A stretch of 64,000 nt of DNA from an uncultured Mycoplasma sp. (GCA_946554525.1 CAMNSE010000001.1:21942-85941); one strand, 5' to 3'; numbered from the stretch's first letter, positions 8,209-18,481 are shown. Numbers and translations: made by a program. The notes: generated from the letters alone by a model not told the origin.

Positions 8209-9663
8209 TTAATTTTTTATAAATTCTTTAATAATATCTAATTCATTAAAATAGTACTTGATTCCTTTAATGTCTTGATATTCTTCATGACCTTTTCCTA
8301 CTAAAAGAATTAAATCTCCTTCTTGAGCATTTTCTATTGCATATCTAATAGCCTCAGCTCTATCACTAATTTCAATATATTTAGCATTTACTTTATTTAA
8401 TCCAACTTTAATATCTTCATTAATTGAGCTAATTTCTTCAAATCTAGGATTATCCATCGTAATAATAGAAAAATCACTAATTCCTCCTATTATTTCGCCT
8501 ATTTTGTATCTTCTTTCTTTGGGCCTGTTTCCACCAGAACCAAAGATACTAACTAATCTTTTCGGTTTATACTCTTTTAGCGTTTCTACTAATTTTTTCA
8601 TACTATCTTCAGTGTGAGCATAATCAATGACTACTTTTAATTTTGGTGTTACTAAAGCTGTTTCCATTCTTCCTCGTACACTTACTTTTACTAAAGCATT
8701 TTTCATTACTTCTACATCTAATCCTAGTTTTTCTCCGACTAATATGGCCGCTAAGCTATTATAAATATTAAAATATCCAGGAATGCAAGTTCTAAATGTT
8801 CCATTTAAAAGTCCAAAGACAGTAAACTCCGTACCAAAAAAATCATTATCATTAATATTATGGATATCTGTTGCATTTAAATCAGATGCTAATTCAATTC
8901 CATATCTAGTAATTGGTGCTTTAACGTCTTTTAATACTTCTTCTAAGTAAAAAGAGTCGTTATTAACAATAATTTGCTTGCTATTTAGAAATAGCTCTCT
9001 TTTGCAAGATACATATTCTTCATGAGATTCATGTTCTCCAGGGCCAATATGGTCAGATGTAATATTTGTTAAAACCCCAATATCAAAGGTTATTCCTGCT
9101 AATCTATGCATCTTGAATCCTTGACTAGAAGTTTCCATTACAACATGAGTGATACCATTTCTCGTCATTTCTTTTAAAAATCTATATATTTCATAAGATT
9201 CTGGCGTTGTATTTTTAGTATCAAGTACTCTATCTTTAAATTTTGCGCCAATACTTCCTATTAATCCTGTTTCTATGCCACTTTGAAGTAAAAGGCTTCT
9301 AATCATATGAGTAGTAGTAGTTTTACCAGTCGTTCCTGTTACTCCAATTAATGTTAGTTTAGATAATGGATTTCCAAAGTAATTTTTTGACAATAGTGCT
9401 AAAGTGAGCCTTGTATCATTTACTTTTATTACTGTCACATCTCCATGAATATTTAGCATTTTTGATATAACAATTGTGCTTGCTTTTTTGGCAATTGCTT
9501 CTGGAATAAAATCATGTCCATCCATAAAATATCCATTTAGCGCAACGAAAATATCTCCCTCTTCTACTTCTCTACTATCATATTTTATATCTTTTATTTC
9601 TACATTTTCTGTACCTCTTAAAAGCGTATAGTCAATTCCATCTAATACCCTTTTTAATTCCAA
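8209..9663 (-). CDS. murE: UDP-N-acetylmuramoyl-L-alanyl-D-glutamate--2,6-diaminopimelate ligase
   Basis: Mur ligase P-loop GVTGTTGKTTT. The DNPR motif (ITMDNPRFEE) is associated with meso-DAP specificity. The gene is adjacent to dapF and has a TTG start after AGGGGGAA. Confidence 0.92.
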   Translation of the reverse strand: MELKRVLDGIDYTLLRGTENVEIKDIKYDSREVEEGDIFVALNGYFMDGHDFIPEAIAKKASTIVISKMLNIHGDVTVIKVNDTRLTLALLSKNYFGNPLSKLTLIGVTGTTGKTTTTHMIRSLLLQSGIETGLIGSIGAKFKDRVLDTKNTTPESYEIYRFLKEMTRNGITHVVMETSSQGFKMHRLAGITFDIGVLTNITSDHIGPGEHESHEEYVSCKRELFLNSKQIIVNNDSFYLEEVLKDVKAPITRYGIELASDLNATDIHNINDNDFFGTEFTVFGLLNGTFRTCIPGYFNIYNSLAAILVGEKLGLDVEVMKNALVKVSVRGRMETALVTPKLKVVIDYAHTEDSMKKLVETLKEYKPKRLVSIFGSGGNRPKERRYKIGEIIGGISDFSIITMDNPRFEEISSINEDIKVGLNKVNAKYIEISDRAEAIRYAIENAQEGDLILLVGKGHEEYQDIKGIKYYFNELDIIKEFIKN

Positions 9664-9675
9664 GTTAAATTCCCC

Positions 9676-10515
9676 CTATAAAAGTGAAATATCTATTTCA
9701 CCTTCAAATACGGTTGTACTCGGTCCTTTCATAAATAATTCATTGTCTTTATATTCTATTTCAATTGCACCACCAATTTGTAGAACATTACATTTATTAC
9801 TTGTAAGACCGAGCATATGGGATATAACTACAGCACTGCTACAGCCAGTTGCACATCCAAGCGTTTCCCCAGTACCTCTTTCCCATTCTCGTATTCTTAC
9901 TGTATTATAGTCAATTATTTGGGCAAATGTTACATTTGTTTTATTAGGAAAAATATCTAATTTATTTTCAATGGCATTTCCATATTTTTTTATGTCAAAA
10001 TATTCGACATTATCAACAAATATTACTGTATGAGGATTTCCCCAAGATAAGGAACTCATTTTAAATGTTTTGTCTAAAATATCTATACTTTCTAATATAA
10101 ATTTATTTTTATTTGTATTTACGGGGATTAACTTAGGATCAAAAATGGGACTCCCAATATTCGCTTTTATATTTATAATTTTATCGTCTTTAATTTCTAA
10201 TTCAATTTTTTTTATGCCACCTAAAGTTTCTACGCTAAATTTTGTTTTATCAGTTAAATTATGATCATAAACAAATTTTCCTACACCCCTAAGAGCATTC
10301 CCACACATTTCTGCTTCGGTCCCATCAGGATTAAATACACGCATTTTAAAATCAGCAAGTGTGCTTTTGCAAATAAGAATCATACCATCGCTACCTACAC
10401 CAAAGTGACGATTCGATATAAACTTAGCTAAGAGCGGTAAGTTTGATAGTTCTTCATTGATATTGTTTATATAAACATAGTCATTACCATAGCTTTCCAT
10501 TTTTGTAAATTTCAT
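9676..10515 (-). CDS. dapF: Diaminopimelate epimerase
   Basis: MESYGNDYVYI opening and two catalytic Cys contexts (EMCGNALR and LGCATGCSS). 279 aa. Confidence 0.92.
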   Translation of the reverse strand: MKFTKMESYGNDYVYINNINEELSNLPLLAKFISNRHFGVGSDGMILICKSTLADFKMRVFNPDGTEAEMCGNALRGVGKFVYDHNLTDKTKFSVETLGGIKKIELEIKDDKIINIKANIGSPIFDPKLIPVNTNKNKFILESIDILDKTFKMSSLSWGNPHTVIFVDNVEYFDIKKYGNAIENKLDIFPNKTNVTFAQIIDYNTVRIREWERGTGETLGCATGCSSAVVISHMLGLTSNKCNVLQIGGAIEIEYKDNELFMKGPSTTVFEGEIDISLL

Positions 10516-10523
10516 ATTATCTC

Positions 10524-11702
10524 CTATTCTAAAGCTTGTTTTAAATCGCTTATTAAGTCATGAGCGTTCTCTATACCTACGGATAATCTTAAAAGTGTAT
10601 CTGTAATGCCAAGTTTTTTACGTGTTTCTGCACTTACTTCGGTATGTGTTCTACTAGCTGGATGGGTAACTAAGCTTTCTACCCCACCTAGGCTTTCCGC
10701 GAATAAAATTAAATTTAGTTTTTCTAAAAAAGTATTAACAGATTCCATACTATCTAATTCAAAAGATATCATTCCGCCAAAACCAGTTGTTTGTCTTAAA
10801 CTAACTTCATAATTTGGATGGTCTTTAAAACCTACATAATAAACATTTTTTACTTTTTTATGCTTTTTTAAAAATTCGGCGATTAAAAGAGCATTTTTAC
10901 TATGTTGCTCCATTCTTACTGCTAAGGTTTTTAACCCTCTTAATGTAAGCCACGAATCCATGGGACTTAAGCCGGATCCTAAAATGGCATTTTGTAAACT
11001 TAAATATTCTGCTTGTTCTTTAGTACTAGTAACCACAATACCTGCTAGAACATCATTATGTCCGGCAAGATATTTTGTTGCACTATATATAACCATATCA
11101 CAGCCTAAATCTAATGGTTTTTGGTAAAAGCTTGTTAAAAAAGTATTATCTACGACTACTGTGATTTTATGTTTATGAGCAAGATTAGAAATAGCTTTTA
11201 AATCTGCCACTTTCATCATTGGATTAGTTGGCGTTTCAATTAACATCATTTTTGTATTTGGTTTTATATTTTGTTTTACACTTTCTATATCTGAGAAATC
11301 TACCTGTGTATATTCTATTTTATTTGTTTTTAGTACTTCCTCACAAATTCTTACTGTTCCTCCATAAACATCGTCGCTAATTAAAATATGTTCTTTAGGA
11401 CGCAAAAAAGTCATAACTAAACTAATAGCTGCCATGCCTGAGGAAACAGCAAAAGATTTATATCCATGATCTAATAATGCAATAGTTCTTTCTAATTCCT
11501 CTCTTGTGGGATTTATTATTCTACTATAGTTATAACTTGTATTTTCCTTAATACTTATATGTCTATAAGTAGAAGTTTGAAATATTGGAAAGCTAATTGC
11601 TCCCGTTACTGGATCATGACCTAAGGCTCCTCTTACTACTTTAGTTTCATCTTTTAAATTTTCTTTTTTATCATATGCCACATAATTAATAAAATTTTTC
11701 AT
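10524..11702 (-). CDS. Cys/Met-metabolism PLP-dependent enzyme (cystathionine beta-lyase/gamma-synthase family)
   Basis: 392 aa with PLP-lysine context YSATKYLAGHNDVLAG. Family-typical ends IETPTNP and ESLGGVESL. Confidence 0.85.
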   Translation of the reverse strand: MKNFINYVAYDKKENLKDETKVVRGALGHDPVTGAISFPIFQTSTYRHISIKENTSYNYSRIINPTREELERTIALLDHGYKSFAVSSGMAAISLVMTFLRPKEHILISDDVYGGTVRICEEVLKTNKIEYTQVDFSDIESVKQNIKPNTKMMLIETPTNPMMKVADLKAISNLAHKHKITVVVDNTFLTSFYQKPLDLGCDMVIYSATKYLAGHNDVLAGIVVTSTKEQAEYLSLQNAILGSGLSPMDSWLTLRGLKTLAVRMEQHSKNALLIAEFLKKHKKVKNVYYVGFKDHPNYEVSLRQTTGFGGMISFELDSMESVNTFLEKLNLILFAESLGGVESLVTHPASRTHTEVSAETRKKLGITDTLLRLSVGIENAHDLISDLKQALE

Positions 11703-11750
11703 ACAGCCTCCTTCCTAAATTTTATGTTTCAATATAAAAAAAAGAAGTTT

Positions 11751-12962
11751 TTAACTCCCTCGTTTTAAATTTTCTTCTTGTTCTAATTCAGCTATTAAAC
11801 TTAAAATATAGCCTTTAGCTTCCTCATTTTGATAATGAGATAAACTTTCTTTTAGTTCTTCTTTGGTTTTGGCCCTTACCATACCATGATCTATAGTGTA
11901 TGCTATATTTAAAGCTGGATATACTTTCATGCAAAATAAATCTTGATTAATACCTTTTAAAAATACATCTTCAAAGGACATTTCACCCGTATTAACACCA
12001 TCCAACCTAGATGTATTTCTCGTATGATTATTTTTTCTTTCTGCTAGTTTTGAAATTATTGCTTGTAAACGTTCTTCATCTATAGAAAAACCTAATTGAT
12101 TTACATATCTTTTAAACCAAATAAAGCCGTTGATATCTGCATCTATTTCCATATTGTTAATATTATAATTATCTTGATAAAATTCTTCTGGAAATACAAT
12201 TTTAATTACCATTTCTTTAATATTTGTCATAACTTCACTATTTATTTTGCCTGTCTTTATCTCTATCATTTGTTTTATATGATATAACTCATGAAATAAT
12301 GTTTGTAAAAATTCTATTTCTCCATTATAAAGTTTATTAATCAATTCACTTGATAAACTCATAATTTTTCCATTGGCTGCCGATGCATAAATTTTCCCAT
12401 TAAATTCTTCGATTTCACAAATAGGTTCATAATTGGGTAATCTATTATGATTAATTTCAATCATAATATCTTTTACAAATTCTTGAATTACGTTAGTAAA
12501 ACATTCTTTAGTTATAAGTTTTTTACCACTCATTATATTAATAATAAGCATATTTATAATTTGATTTTTCTCTTTCTTTATTAGTCCATTATACTTTAGT
12601 AAAGAAATAAAACAATTCTCTTCATCTTGTGTTAGTTTTTCTGAATTAAGTATTTTGTTATATATTAAGTTAGATAGTTTTCTTATTTTATTTTTAATAT
12701 TATTTTGTTCTAAAAAGTATTTCAGCGAAGGAAGATTAATTTTACTTTCATTTAAGCAAAGAAAAATAATATTTGGAGTTAAACCACCATAACTACTCTC
12801 TTTTATAATTCTGTCTAGTTCATGTAAAGAAAAATCTAAAGCCACATTGTGCGAATTGCAATATGTACAATTACAGTTTTGATCAAAAACATAGCTACCA
12901 CAAGTTGTGCATTTTAAATTATTTAATAGTACCTCTGCATCAAAGGTATCTAAACTATTCAT
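11751..12962 (-). CDS. Hypothetical protein with N-terminal zinc ribbon and an HExxH motif
   Basis: CTTCGSYVFDQNCNCTYCNS near the N-terminus, and LFHELYHIKQ. I prefer the ATG at 12962 after GGAGGAGG; the track start at 12992 is a TTG. Confidence 0.55.
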   Translation of the reverse strand: MNSLDTFDAEVLLNNLKCTTCGSYVFDQNCNCTYCNSHNVALDFSLHELDRIIKESSYGGLTPNIIFLCLNESKINLPSLKYFLEQNNIKNKIRKLSNLIYNKILNSEKLTQDEENCFISLLKYNGLIKKEKNQIINMLIINIMSGKKLITKECFTNVIQEFVKDIMIEINHNRLPNYEPICEIEEFNGKIYASAANGKIMSLSSELINKLYNGEIEFLQTLFHELYHIKQMIEIKTGKINSEVMTNIKEMVIKIVFPEEFYQDNYNINNMEIDADINGFIWFKRYVNQLGFSIDEERLQAIISKLAERKNNHTRNTSRLDGVNTGEMSFEDVFLKGINQDLFCMKVYPALNIAYTIDHGMVRAKTKEELKESLSHYQNEEAKGYILSLIAELEQEENLKRGS

Positions 12963-13116
12963 GAGCCTCCTCCATAAAAGCAATTTCTTCAATTCTTTTT
13001 AATAAGGCTTTTTTTAAATCTTCATTGTCCGAGCGCTTATAAATTTCTAAACATACTTCTTTTTTTTCTTGCAAAGTAATTTCTTTATTAAATATTTCAT
13101 TATAATCAATATTCAT
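12955..13116 (-). CDS. Unannotated 53-codon ORF bridging tmk and the zinc-ribbon/HExxH gene
   Basis: My translation is MNIDYNEIFNKEITLQEKKEVCLEIYKRSDNEDLKKALLKRIEEIAFMEEAHE. Its ATG overlaps the tmk stop (ATGA). Its last codons contain the GGAGGAGG SD of the next gene and overlap that gene by 8 nt. It is below the length cutoff of the ORF track. Confidence 0.45.
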   Translation of the reverse strand: MNIDYNEIFNKEITLQEKKEVCLEIYKRSDNEDLKKALLKRIEEIAFMEEAHE

Positions 13117-13808
13117 TTTAAACTGCTCACTAACTTATAAACATCTTCATGTATTTGTTCAATTGTTCTAATATGACCATTTTCTACGCAGTCAATCTTT
13201 TTAAAATTATAAAGATCCGCTAATTCTAAGTAAGAAGATTCTCCTCTTCTTAAGTAATTTTCATCAGTTTCAGTTTCATCAGGGGCTTCCTCTCTTCTGC
13301 TTTTTAATATACAAGCGTATTCGTATGGCAAATACAAGAAAATTACTTGATCTGGTTTAGGTAATTCTAAAATATCATATTCTAATTTCTCTATTTTATC
13401 ATACATTTTTAAGCGATCTTCTTTTTTATTTAGCATTCCTCCACGGTGAGCCATATTAGATGTCACATAACGATCTATAATTAAAGTATAGCCATCATTC
13501 AAATAGTTATTAATGATATCTAAATTATATCTTCGATCTGCGGCATAATATAAAAGCGCGGTTAAGGAATCTATTTCTCCACCACCTTCAGGGAAAAAGC
13601 CATGATCAGCTTTTAGAAATTCCTTACACATATGAGGTTTACCAATTAAACACGCTCCAACTATTCTTCCAGTTGGGGTATCATACATAGGAAATGAAAT
13701 ATTAGCAACTTTACATCCTTCTTTTTTTAATCTTTCTACTAACAATTTAGTTTGAGTTTCTTTTCCAGAACAGTCTGTTCCCTCTATTACTATTAATTTG
13801 CCTCTCAT
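13113..13808 (-). CDS. tmk: Thymidylate kinase
   Basis: P-loop LIVIEGTDCSGKETQ and a DRY-type motif IIDRYVTSN. ATGA overlap with folA. Confidence 0.9.
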   Translation of the reverse strand: MRGKLIVIEGTDCSGKETQTKLLVERLKKEGCKVANISFPMYDTPTGRIVGACLIGKPHMCKEFLKADHGFFPEGGGEIDSLTALLYYAADRRYNLDIINNYLNDGYTLIIDRYVTSNMAHRGGMLNKKEDRLKMYDKIEKLEYDILELPKPDQVIFLYLPYEYACILKSRREEAPDETETDENYLRRGESSYLELADLYNFKKIDCVENGHIRTIEQIHEDVYKLVSSLK

Positions 13809-14293
13809 TTTTTAATTCTCCTTAATTTTATGTGTTTATATTTTATATCTTCATCTAATACTGTTTTAATATGTTCTGTCTCATACGAGCTTACATCGTA
13901 TTGGGGAAAATATACATCAGCACTATCACATTCTGCCTCAATTTCGGTTAAAACAAGTTCATCTGCTAATTCAATAAATAATTTATAAAGACTAGCTCCG
14001 CCAATAATGTAAATATCTTCGTCAAGACTTTGTATATAATTAATTAATGAATTTGCTTCATGAAATACCGTTACTTCTTCACTATTAATTTCCTTGTGTG
14101 TTAATACAATATGTTCTCTTCCCGGTAAAAGCTTAGGTAATGATAAAAAAGTATTATATCCCATAACAATTTTATGATTCATTGTAATCTCTCTAAAAAA
14201 CTTCATATCTTCTTTTAAGTGCCAAATTAAATCGTTATTTTTGCCTAATTCTCTATTTTTGCCTATTGCAGCGATTAAAACTATTTTTGCCAT
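13805..14293 (-). CDS. folA: Dihydrofolate reductase
   Basis: IVLIAAIGKNRELGKNNDLIWHLKEDMKFFREIT, 162 aa, with an AGGAGGG SD. Confidence 0.92.
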   Translation of the reverse strand: MAKIVLIAAIGKNRELGKNNDLIWHLKEDMKFFREITMNHKIVMGYNTFLSLPKLLPGREHIVLTHKEINSEEVTVFHEANSLINYIQSLDEDIYIIGGASLYKLFIELADELVLTEIEAECDSADVYFPQYDVSSYETEHIKTVLDEDIKYKHIKLRRIKK

Positions 14294-14396
14294 TTTATTA
14301 CCCTCCTATTTTAAATGTACAAAAAAAGTAGAAATTTGTCAATCCTACTTGCGTAATATTTTTTTTTCATTTATGATTATATTAATGGAGGTAGTT

Positions 14397-15305
14397 ATGG
14401 CAAAAGGAACTAAAGGTGACATGTACACCAAAGAATTAATTGAAAGAATTTTTGAAGAAGGATGTCTGGATAAATATCCAAGTTCAAAATATAGTGATGG
14501 AGTCCCAGCTCATACACTAAGTGTAAATCATGGGATGATGACTTATGATTTAACAAAAGGAGAAAATCCCCTTATTACTCTTCGCCCTATTGCTGTTAAA
14601 AGTGCTATAGGTGAGCTGTTATGGATTTATCAACAAGAGTCTAACAGTTTAGATATGCTAGCTGAGAAATACGGCGTAACTTGGTGGGATGAATGGGATA
14701 TTGGAGATAGAACGATCGGTGCCGCTTATGGTGAAACAGTTAAAAGACATCATTTGATGAAAGATTTACTTGAAGACATTAAAAATAATCCCGATGGAAG
14801 AAGACATATAATTAATATGTGGCAAGTAGATGATTTTAAAGACAAGCATGGTCTTAAACCTTGTGCATATCAAACTGTATGGAACGTTAGACATGGCAAT
14901 GATGGTACCGATTATTTAGATATGTGTTTATTTCAAAGAAGCAGTGATTTCTTAACAGCAGGTTGTATTAATCAAGTACAATATTTAATCTTTTTACATT
15001 TAGTAGCAAGACATTGCGGATATACTCCTGGACGATTTACATGGTTTTATTCAAATATTCAGATATATGATAGACATATTGAACAGGGCCGTGAGATGCT
15101 AAAAAGAGAGCCAATCGATTGTAACCCTAAAATATGGCTAAATCCCGAAAAAACAAACTTTTATGATTTTACAGTAGAAGATATTAAAATTATTGATTAT
15201 CCAAGGCAAGAAATTAGCGAAAAGAATCCTCAACTAAAATTTGAGTTGGGCCATGAAAATGTGGATACTGAGGGATTTGATCTATCAGAATTTATTGCAG
15301 CATAA
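14397..15305 (+). CDS. thyA: Thymidylate synthase (ThyA type)
   Basis: LKPCAYQ active-site Cys context and FQRSSDFLTAG. I prefer the ATG at 14397 after GGAGGT. The track's longer N-terminus (from 14241) overlaps folA antisense. Confidence 0.9.
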   Translation: MAKGTKGDMYTKELIERIFEEGCLDKYPSSKYSDGVPAHTLSVNHGMMTYDLTKGENPLITLRPIAVKSAIGELLWIYQQESNSLDMLAEKYGVTWWDEWDIGDRTIGAAYGETVKRHHLMKDLLEDIKNNPDGRRHIINMWQVDDFKDKHGLKPCAYQTVWNVRHGNDGTDYLDMCLFQRSSDFLTAGCINQVQYLIFLHLVARHCGYTPGRFTWFYSNIQIYDRHIEQGREMLKREPIDCNPKIWLNPEKTNFYDFTVEDIKIIDYPRQEISEKNPQLKFELGHENVDTEGFDLSEFIAA

Positions 15306-16188
15306 AAAAATTGAAGGAATTATTCTTCAATTTTTTTAACCATTCTATTTCATCTAATTTAGCCTCTGTGTTGATGTTTTTTCTAAAACTTAAATGTGGT
15401 CCATGAAAATCACTTCCTGCACTAATTAATAAATGACTGTCATAAGCTATTTTCATATATTTTTTTCTATTTTCATTATTTATTGAAGGATGAAAACACT
15501 CTATTCCATCGATATCGTAATTTTGAATTAATTCCTTTAAAAATTTTTCTTTATCTTTTATTTCTTGATACTCGTCTAGATGAGCTAAGAAAACTTTTCC
15601 ATTATTTTTATGAGCATTTTTTATTACTTCTTCAAGAAGCGGAAAGGCTTTTTTATTGTTAATATAAAATGGGCTATTTATATTTTGAAACTCTTGATAA
15701 TAAAAATATTTTAAATCTGTTAAAACTTCATGAGATACAATTTTAATATTATCTTGATATCTTGCATTAATTGCTTCCTGAAATTTCATATTAGCATAGT
15801 ATCCATTTTGTAGTTCTTTTATGGGTTCTATATATTTCAAGCCCATACTAGTTCCAATTTCTAATAATCTTTTGTAAGCTTCATTATGAAATTTCCAAAA
15901 CTTTCTCCTTGTTTCATCTATATATTTTTTAAATTTTAATAAATCATAATCATAAACCAAAACTTCAATTAAATAATCTCCTACAAAAGTTTGTAATTCT
16001 ACTCCTTTTATCATTTTACCTTTATATATTTTTTCAAAATGTTTATCTTCATACTCTATATGGGCATCAACATTATTATGATCTGTAATAGAGGCATATA
16101 AAATATTTTTTTCATTTAGAATTTTGATTAATTCTTCTAATGTATAGTCTCCATCAGAATGTTTTGTATGCATATGTAAATCAATCAT
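15292..16188 (-). CDS. PHP-domain metal-dependent phosphoesterase (TrpH/RNase AM-like)
   Basis: MIDLHMHTKHSDGDYTLEEL opening, plus ITDHNNV and GSDFHG. ATG at 16188 after GGTGAGGG. Confidence 0.75.
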   Translation of the reverse strand: MIDLHMHTKHSDGDYTLEELIKILNEKNILYASITDHNNVDAHIEYEDKHFEKIYKGKMIKGVELQTFVGDYLIEVLVYDYDLLKFKKYIDETRRKFWKFHNEAYKRLLEIGTSMGLKYIEPIKELQNGYYANMKFQEAINARYQDNIKIVSHEVLTDLKYFYYQEFQNINSPFYINNKKAFPLLEEVIKNAHKNNGKVFLAHLDEYQEIKDKEKFLKELIQNYDIDGIECFHPSINNENRKKYMKIAYDSHLLISAGSDFHGPHLSFRKNINTEAKLDEIEWLKKLKNNSFNFFMLQ

Positions 16189-16241
16189 AACCCTCACCAT
16201 TAATATTTTAACAGTTATAAAGTTTTTTATCAATATGATAA

Positions 16242-18380
16242 TTAATTGTTTATTTTTATATTATATTTATCAATTACTTTATTCATATAGCGGAATCCAT
16301 ACTTATCATATTTTGTTTCTTTTAAAATATCTTCTATATCAATATCTTTATTATCAAGTTTAGATATTAAATATTTGGTAGCGTCCTCTTTATTAATTTT
16401 AGAAAAGTTTATTATATCATCAAATCTTCCTAAGAATTCTTCACTAAAATATTCTGTTATATTTTTATTTTGGCTGTTTATAAATCCTACACTATTATTT
16501 TTATATGCGTTAGATGTCATAAAAATCATTGTATGTGAAAAATCTATAGCTTCTCCTTTGGCATCATGTATTATACCATCGTCCATTATTTGCAGAAATA
16601 AATTTAAAACACTAGGACTAGCTTTTTCTATTTCATCTACTAAAATAATAGAATATGGATTGTATTTTACTTTATTAAAAATATATTCATCATTATATCC
16701 AACATATCCATGACTTACGCCAATAAGTTTGTTTACAGAAGTCTCTAAGTTATACTCACTCATATCAAGTCTAATTAAATTTGTTTTTAAGGTATCAGCA
16801 ATTATTTTTACTGATGAAGTTTTTCCTACTCCACTTGGACCTACAAGTAATAATTTTAAATTATGATTGTTTATTAAATAAGATTTAAAATTTGCTAAAA
16901 TTTTATTAATTGCATCATTTTCATATAATATATTTTCATTTAATTTAGCATTTACTTTCTTATAAATATTTGTTTTATCTAAATACATTGGAATGTTACT
17001 TTTAGCTTCAATAACATCTAAGATGTCTTCTTTTGTTATAGCATCATTAGGATTATTCTCTTTATTTTTTATTTTTTCTTCTAATTCACTAATGGCAACA
17101 CAGCTATCTAAAGCTTTATCATAAAGATTCTTTTTTACATACTCTTCTTTTATAGTTATTAACTTTTTTAATTCTTGTTCCCAATTTTTTAAGTCATCAT
17201 TTAACAGGCTTTTCCTTTTTACATGAGCACACACACTATCTAATAAATCAATAGTTTTATCAGGGTTTTTCTTTTTAAATAAATAATTATTAGCAAGGTT
17301 TACTATATCATTAATATTTTCTTCAGTAATTGTCACATGATGGTGAAGTTCATAACTAGTTTTAAGTCCCCTTAATATTTTGCTAGTTTCTTCTAAATCA
17401 GGTTCTTTTACTAAAATAGTTTCAAATCTTCTTTCTAATGCTTTATCATGGGCCATAAATTTTTCATATTCTTCGGTCGTAGTAGCCCCAATAATTTTAA
17501 TGTCGCCACGAGCTAAATATGGTTTTAAAATATCACTAGCATTAATAGCTCCTTCAGCACCTCCAGCATTTACCATCGTATGCACTTCATCAATAAACAA
17601 AATAATATTTTTATTTTTGATAACTTCTTTTATAATTTTCGTAAGCCTTTCTTCAAATTCTCCACGATATTTTGTACCACTTACTAAATCTCCCATAGGA
17701 AGTTCAATAATTTTTTTGTTTAAAAGTGGACTTGGTACATTTTTTTCATTTATTCTTCTAGCCAATTCCTCTACTATAGCAGTTTTCCCTACTCCAGCCG
17801 GGCCAATAAGTAAAGGATTATTTTTCTTTTTACGTAATAATACTTCAATTAACTGATTAATTTCTTTATCACGACCAATTACACTATCAAAATCTACTAC
17901 TTTATCATTCATAAGAGTTCCTACATGAAAAACTTCTAGGTTGTTATTAACTATTTCTGTAGGTTTTATTTTTAATTCGTCATAAATACTATCTAAATCT
18001 ATCCCCATTCCGGCCATAATTCTAATAGCAATTCCTTCGCCCTCATCCATAAGAGCAATAAAAAGATGAGATTCAGTTACCACGCCTTTATTATTTTCTT
18101 TTGCTTCAACTATAGCACTTGAAATAATTCGCTTTAATAATGGTGTATATAAGTTAACATCAATATTTTTTTTAGGTATTCCAACAATATCAATTAATTC
18201 ATTACGAAATTTTTTATATGTTAAACCAAAATTAGAAAGCATTTCTTTGACTAACGAATCACCCTTTAATATAGCAAGTAATAAATGTTCACTTCCAACA
18301 TAAGGATGAGATAATTTAAACCTCTCCTCTTCTGCTTCTCTTAATATCTTACTTCCGATAAATCCAAAATTATGAAACAT
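16242..18380 (-). CDS. clpC: ClpC-like class III Hsp100 ATPase (Clp_N repeats, two AAA+ modules, VGF ClpP-docking tripeptide)
   Basis: Clp_N repeats GSEHLLLAIL and ESHLFIALM. P-loops GPAGVGKTA and GPSGVGKTS. Loop NNSVGFIN. 712 aa. Confidence 0.8.
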   Translation of the reverse strand: MFHNFGFIGSKILREAEEERFKLSHPYVGSEHLLLAILKGDSLVKEMLSNFGLTYKKFRNELIDIVGIPKKNIDVNLYTPLLKRIISSAIVEAKENNKGVVTESHLFIALMDEGEGIAIRIMAGMGIDLDSIYDELKIKPTEIVNNNLEVFHVGTLMNDKVVDFDSVIGRDKEINQLIEVLLRKKKNNPLLIGPAGVGKTAIVEELARRINEKNVPSPLLNKKIIELPMGDLVSGTKYRGEFEERLTKIIKEVIKNKNIILFIDEVHTMVNAGGAEGAINASDILKPYLARGDIKIIGATTTEEYEKFMAHDKALERRFETILVKEPDLEETSKILRGLKTSYELHHHVTITEENINDIVNLANNYLFKKKNPDKTIDLLDSVCAHVKRKSLLNDDLKNWEQELKKLITIKEEYVKKNLYDKALDSCVAISELEEKIKNKENNPNDAITKEDILDVIEAKSNIPMYLDKTNIYKKVNAKLNENILYENDAINKILANFKSYLINNHNLKLLLVGPSGVGKTSSVKIIADTLKTNLIRLDMSEYNLETSVNKLIGVSHGYVGYNDEYIFNKVKYNPYSIILVDEIEKASPSVLNLFLQIMDDGIIHDAKGEAIDFSHTMIFMTSNAYKNNSVGFINSQNKNITEYFSEEFLGRFDDIINFSKINKEDATKYLISKLDNKDIDIEDILKETKYDKYGFRYMNKVIDKYNIKINN

Positions 18381-18481
18381 AAGAAAATCCTCCTTTTAAT
18401 ATCTATTCTTATTTAGATAAAAAAAGAAGAACTTTATTCAAGTTTTTAAAAATGTTTTATTGCATAAAAAAATCATGAATT

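Noticed and set aside
14359-14367. T9 run between folA and thyA as a second phase-variation candidate
   Set aside because: A/T homopolymers of this length are frequent throughout this AT-rich window, so the run carries little information, unlike the unique G8 tract.
14241-14396. N-terminal extension of the thyA ORF in the track
   Set aside because: The extension overlaps the folA start antisense and contains the divergent promoter region. A GGAGGT SD precedes the internal ATG at 14397, which gives a normal ThyA N-terminus.
16375-17856. Two plus-strand ORFs (112 and 158 aa) inside the clpC-like gene
   Set aside because: They are antisense shadow frames of a conserved AAA+ gene. Their products are Ser/Leu/Ile-rich with no motifs.
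18381-18481. Search for a CtsR operator (GGTCAAA-N3-GGTCAAA) upstream of the clpC-like gene
   Set aside because: No such heptad repeat is present in the 100-nt upstream region. The only TTTGACC-like strings I noticed lie inside essC and tRNA-Tyr.
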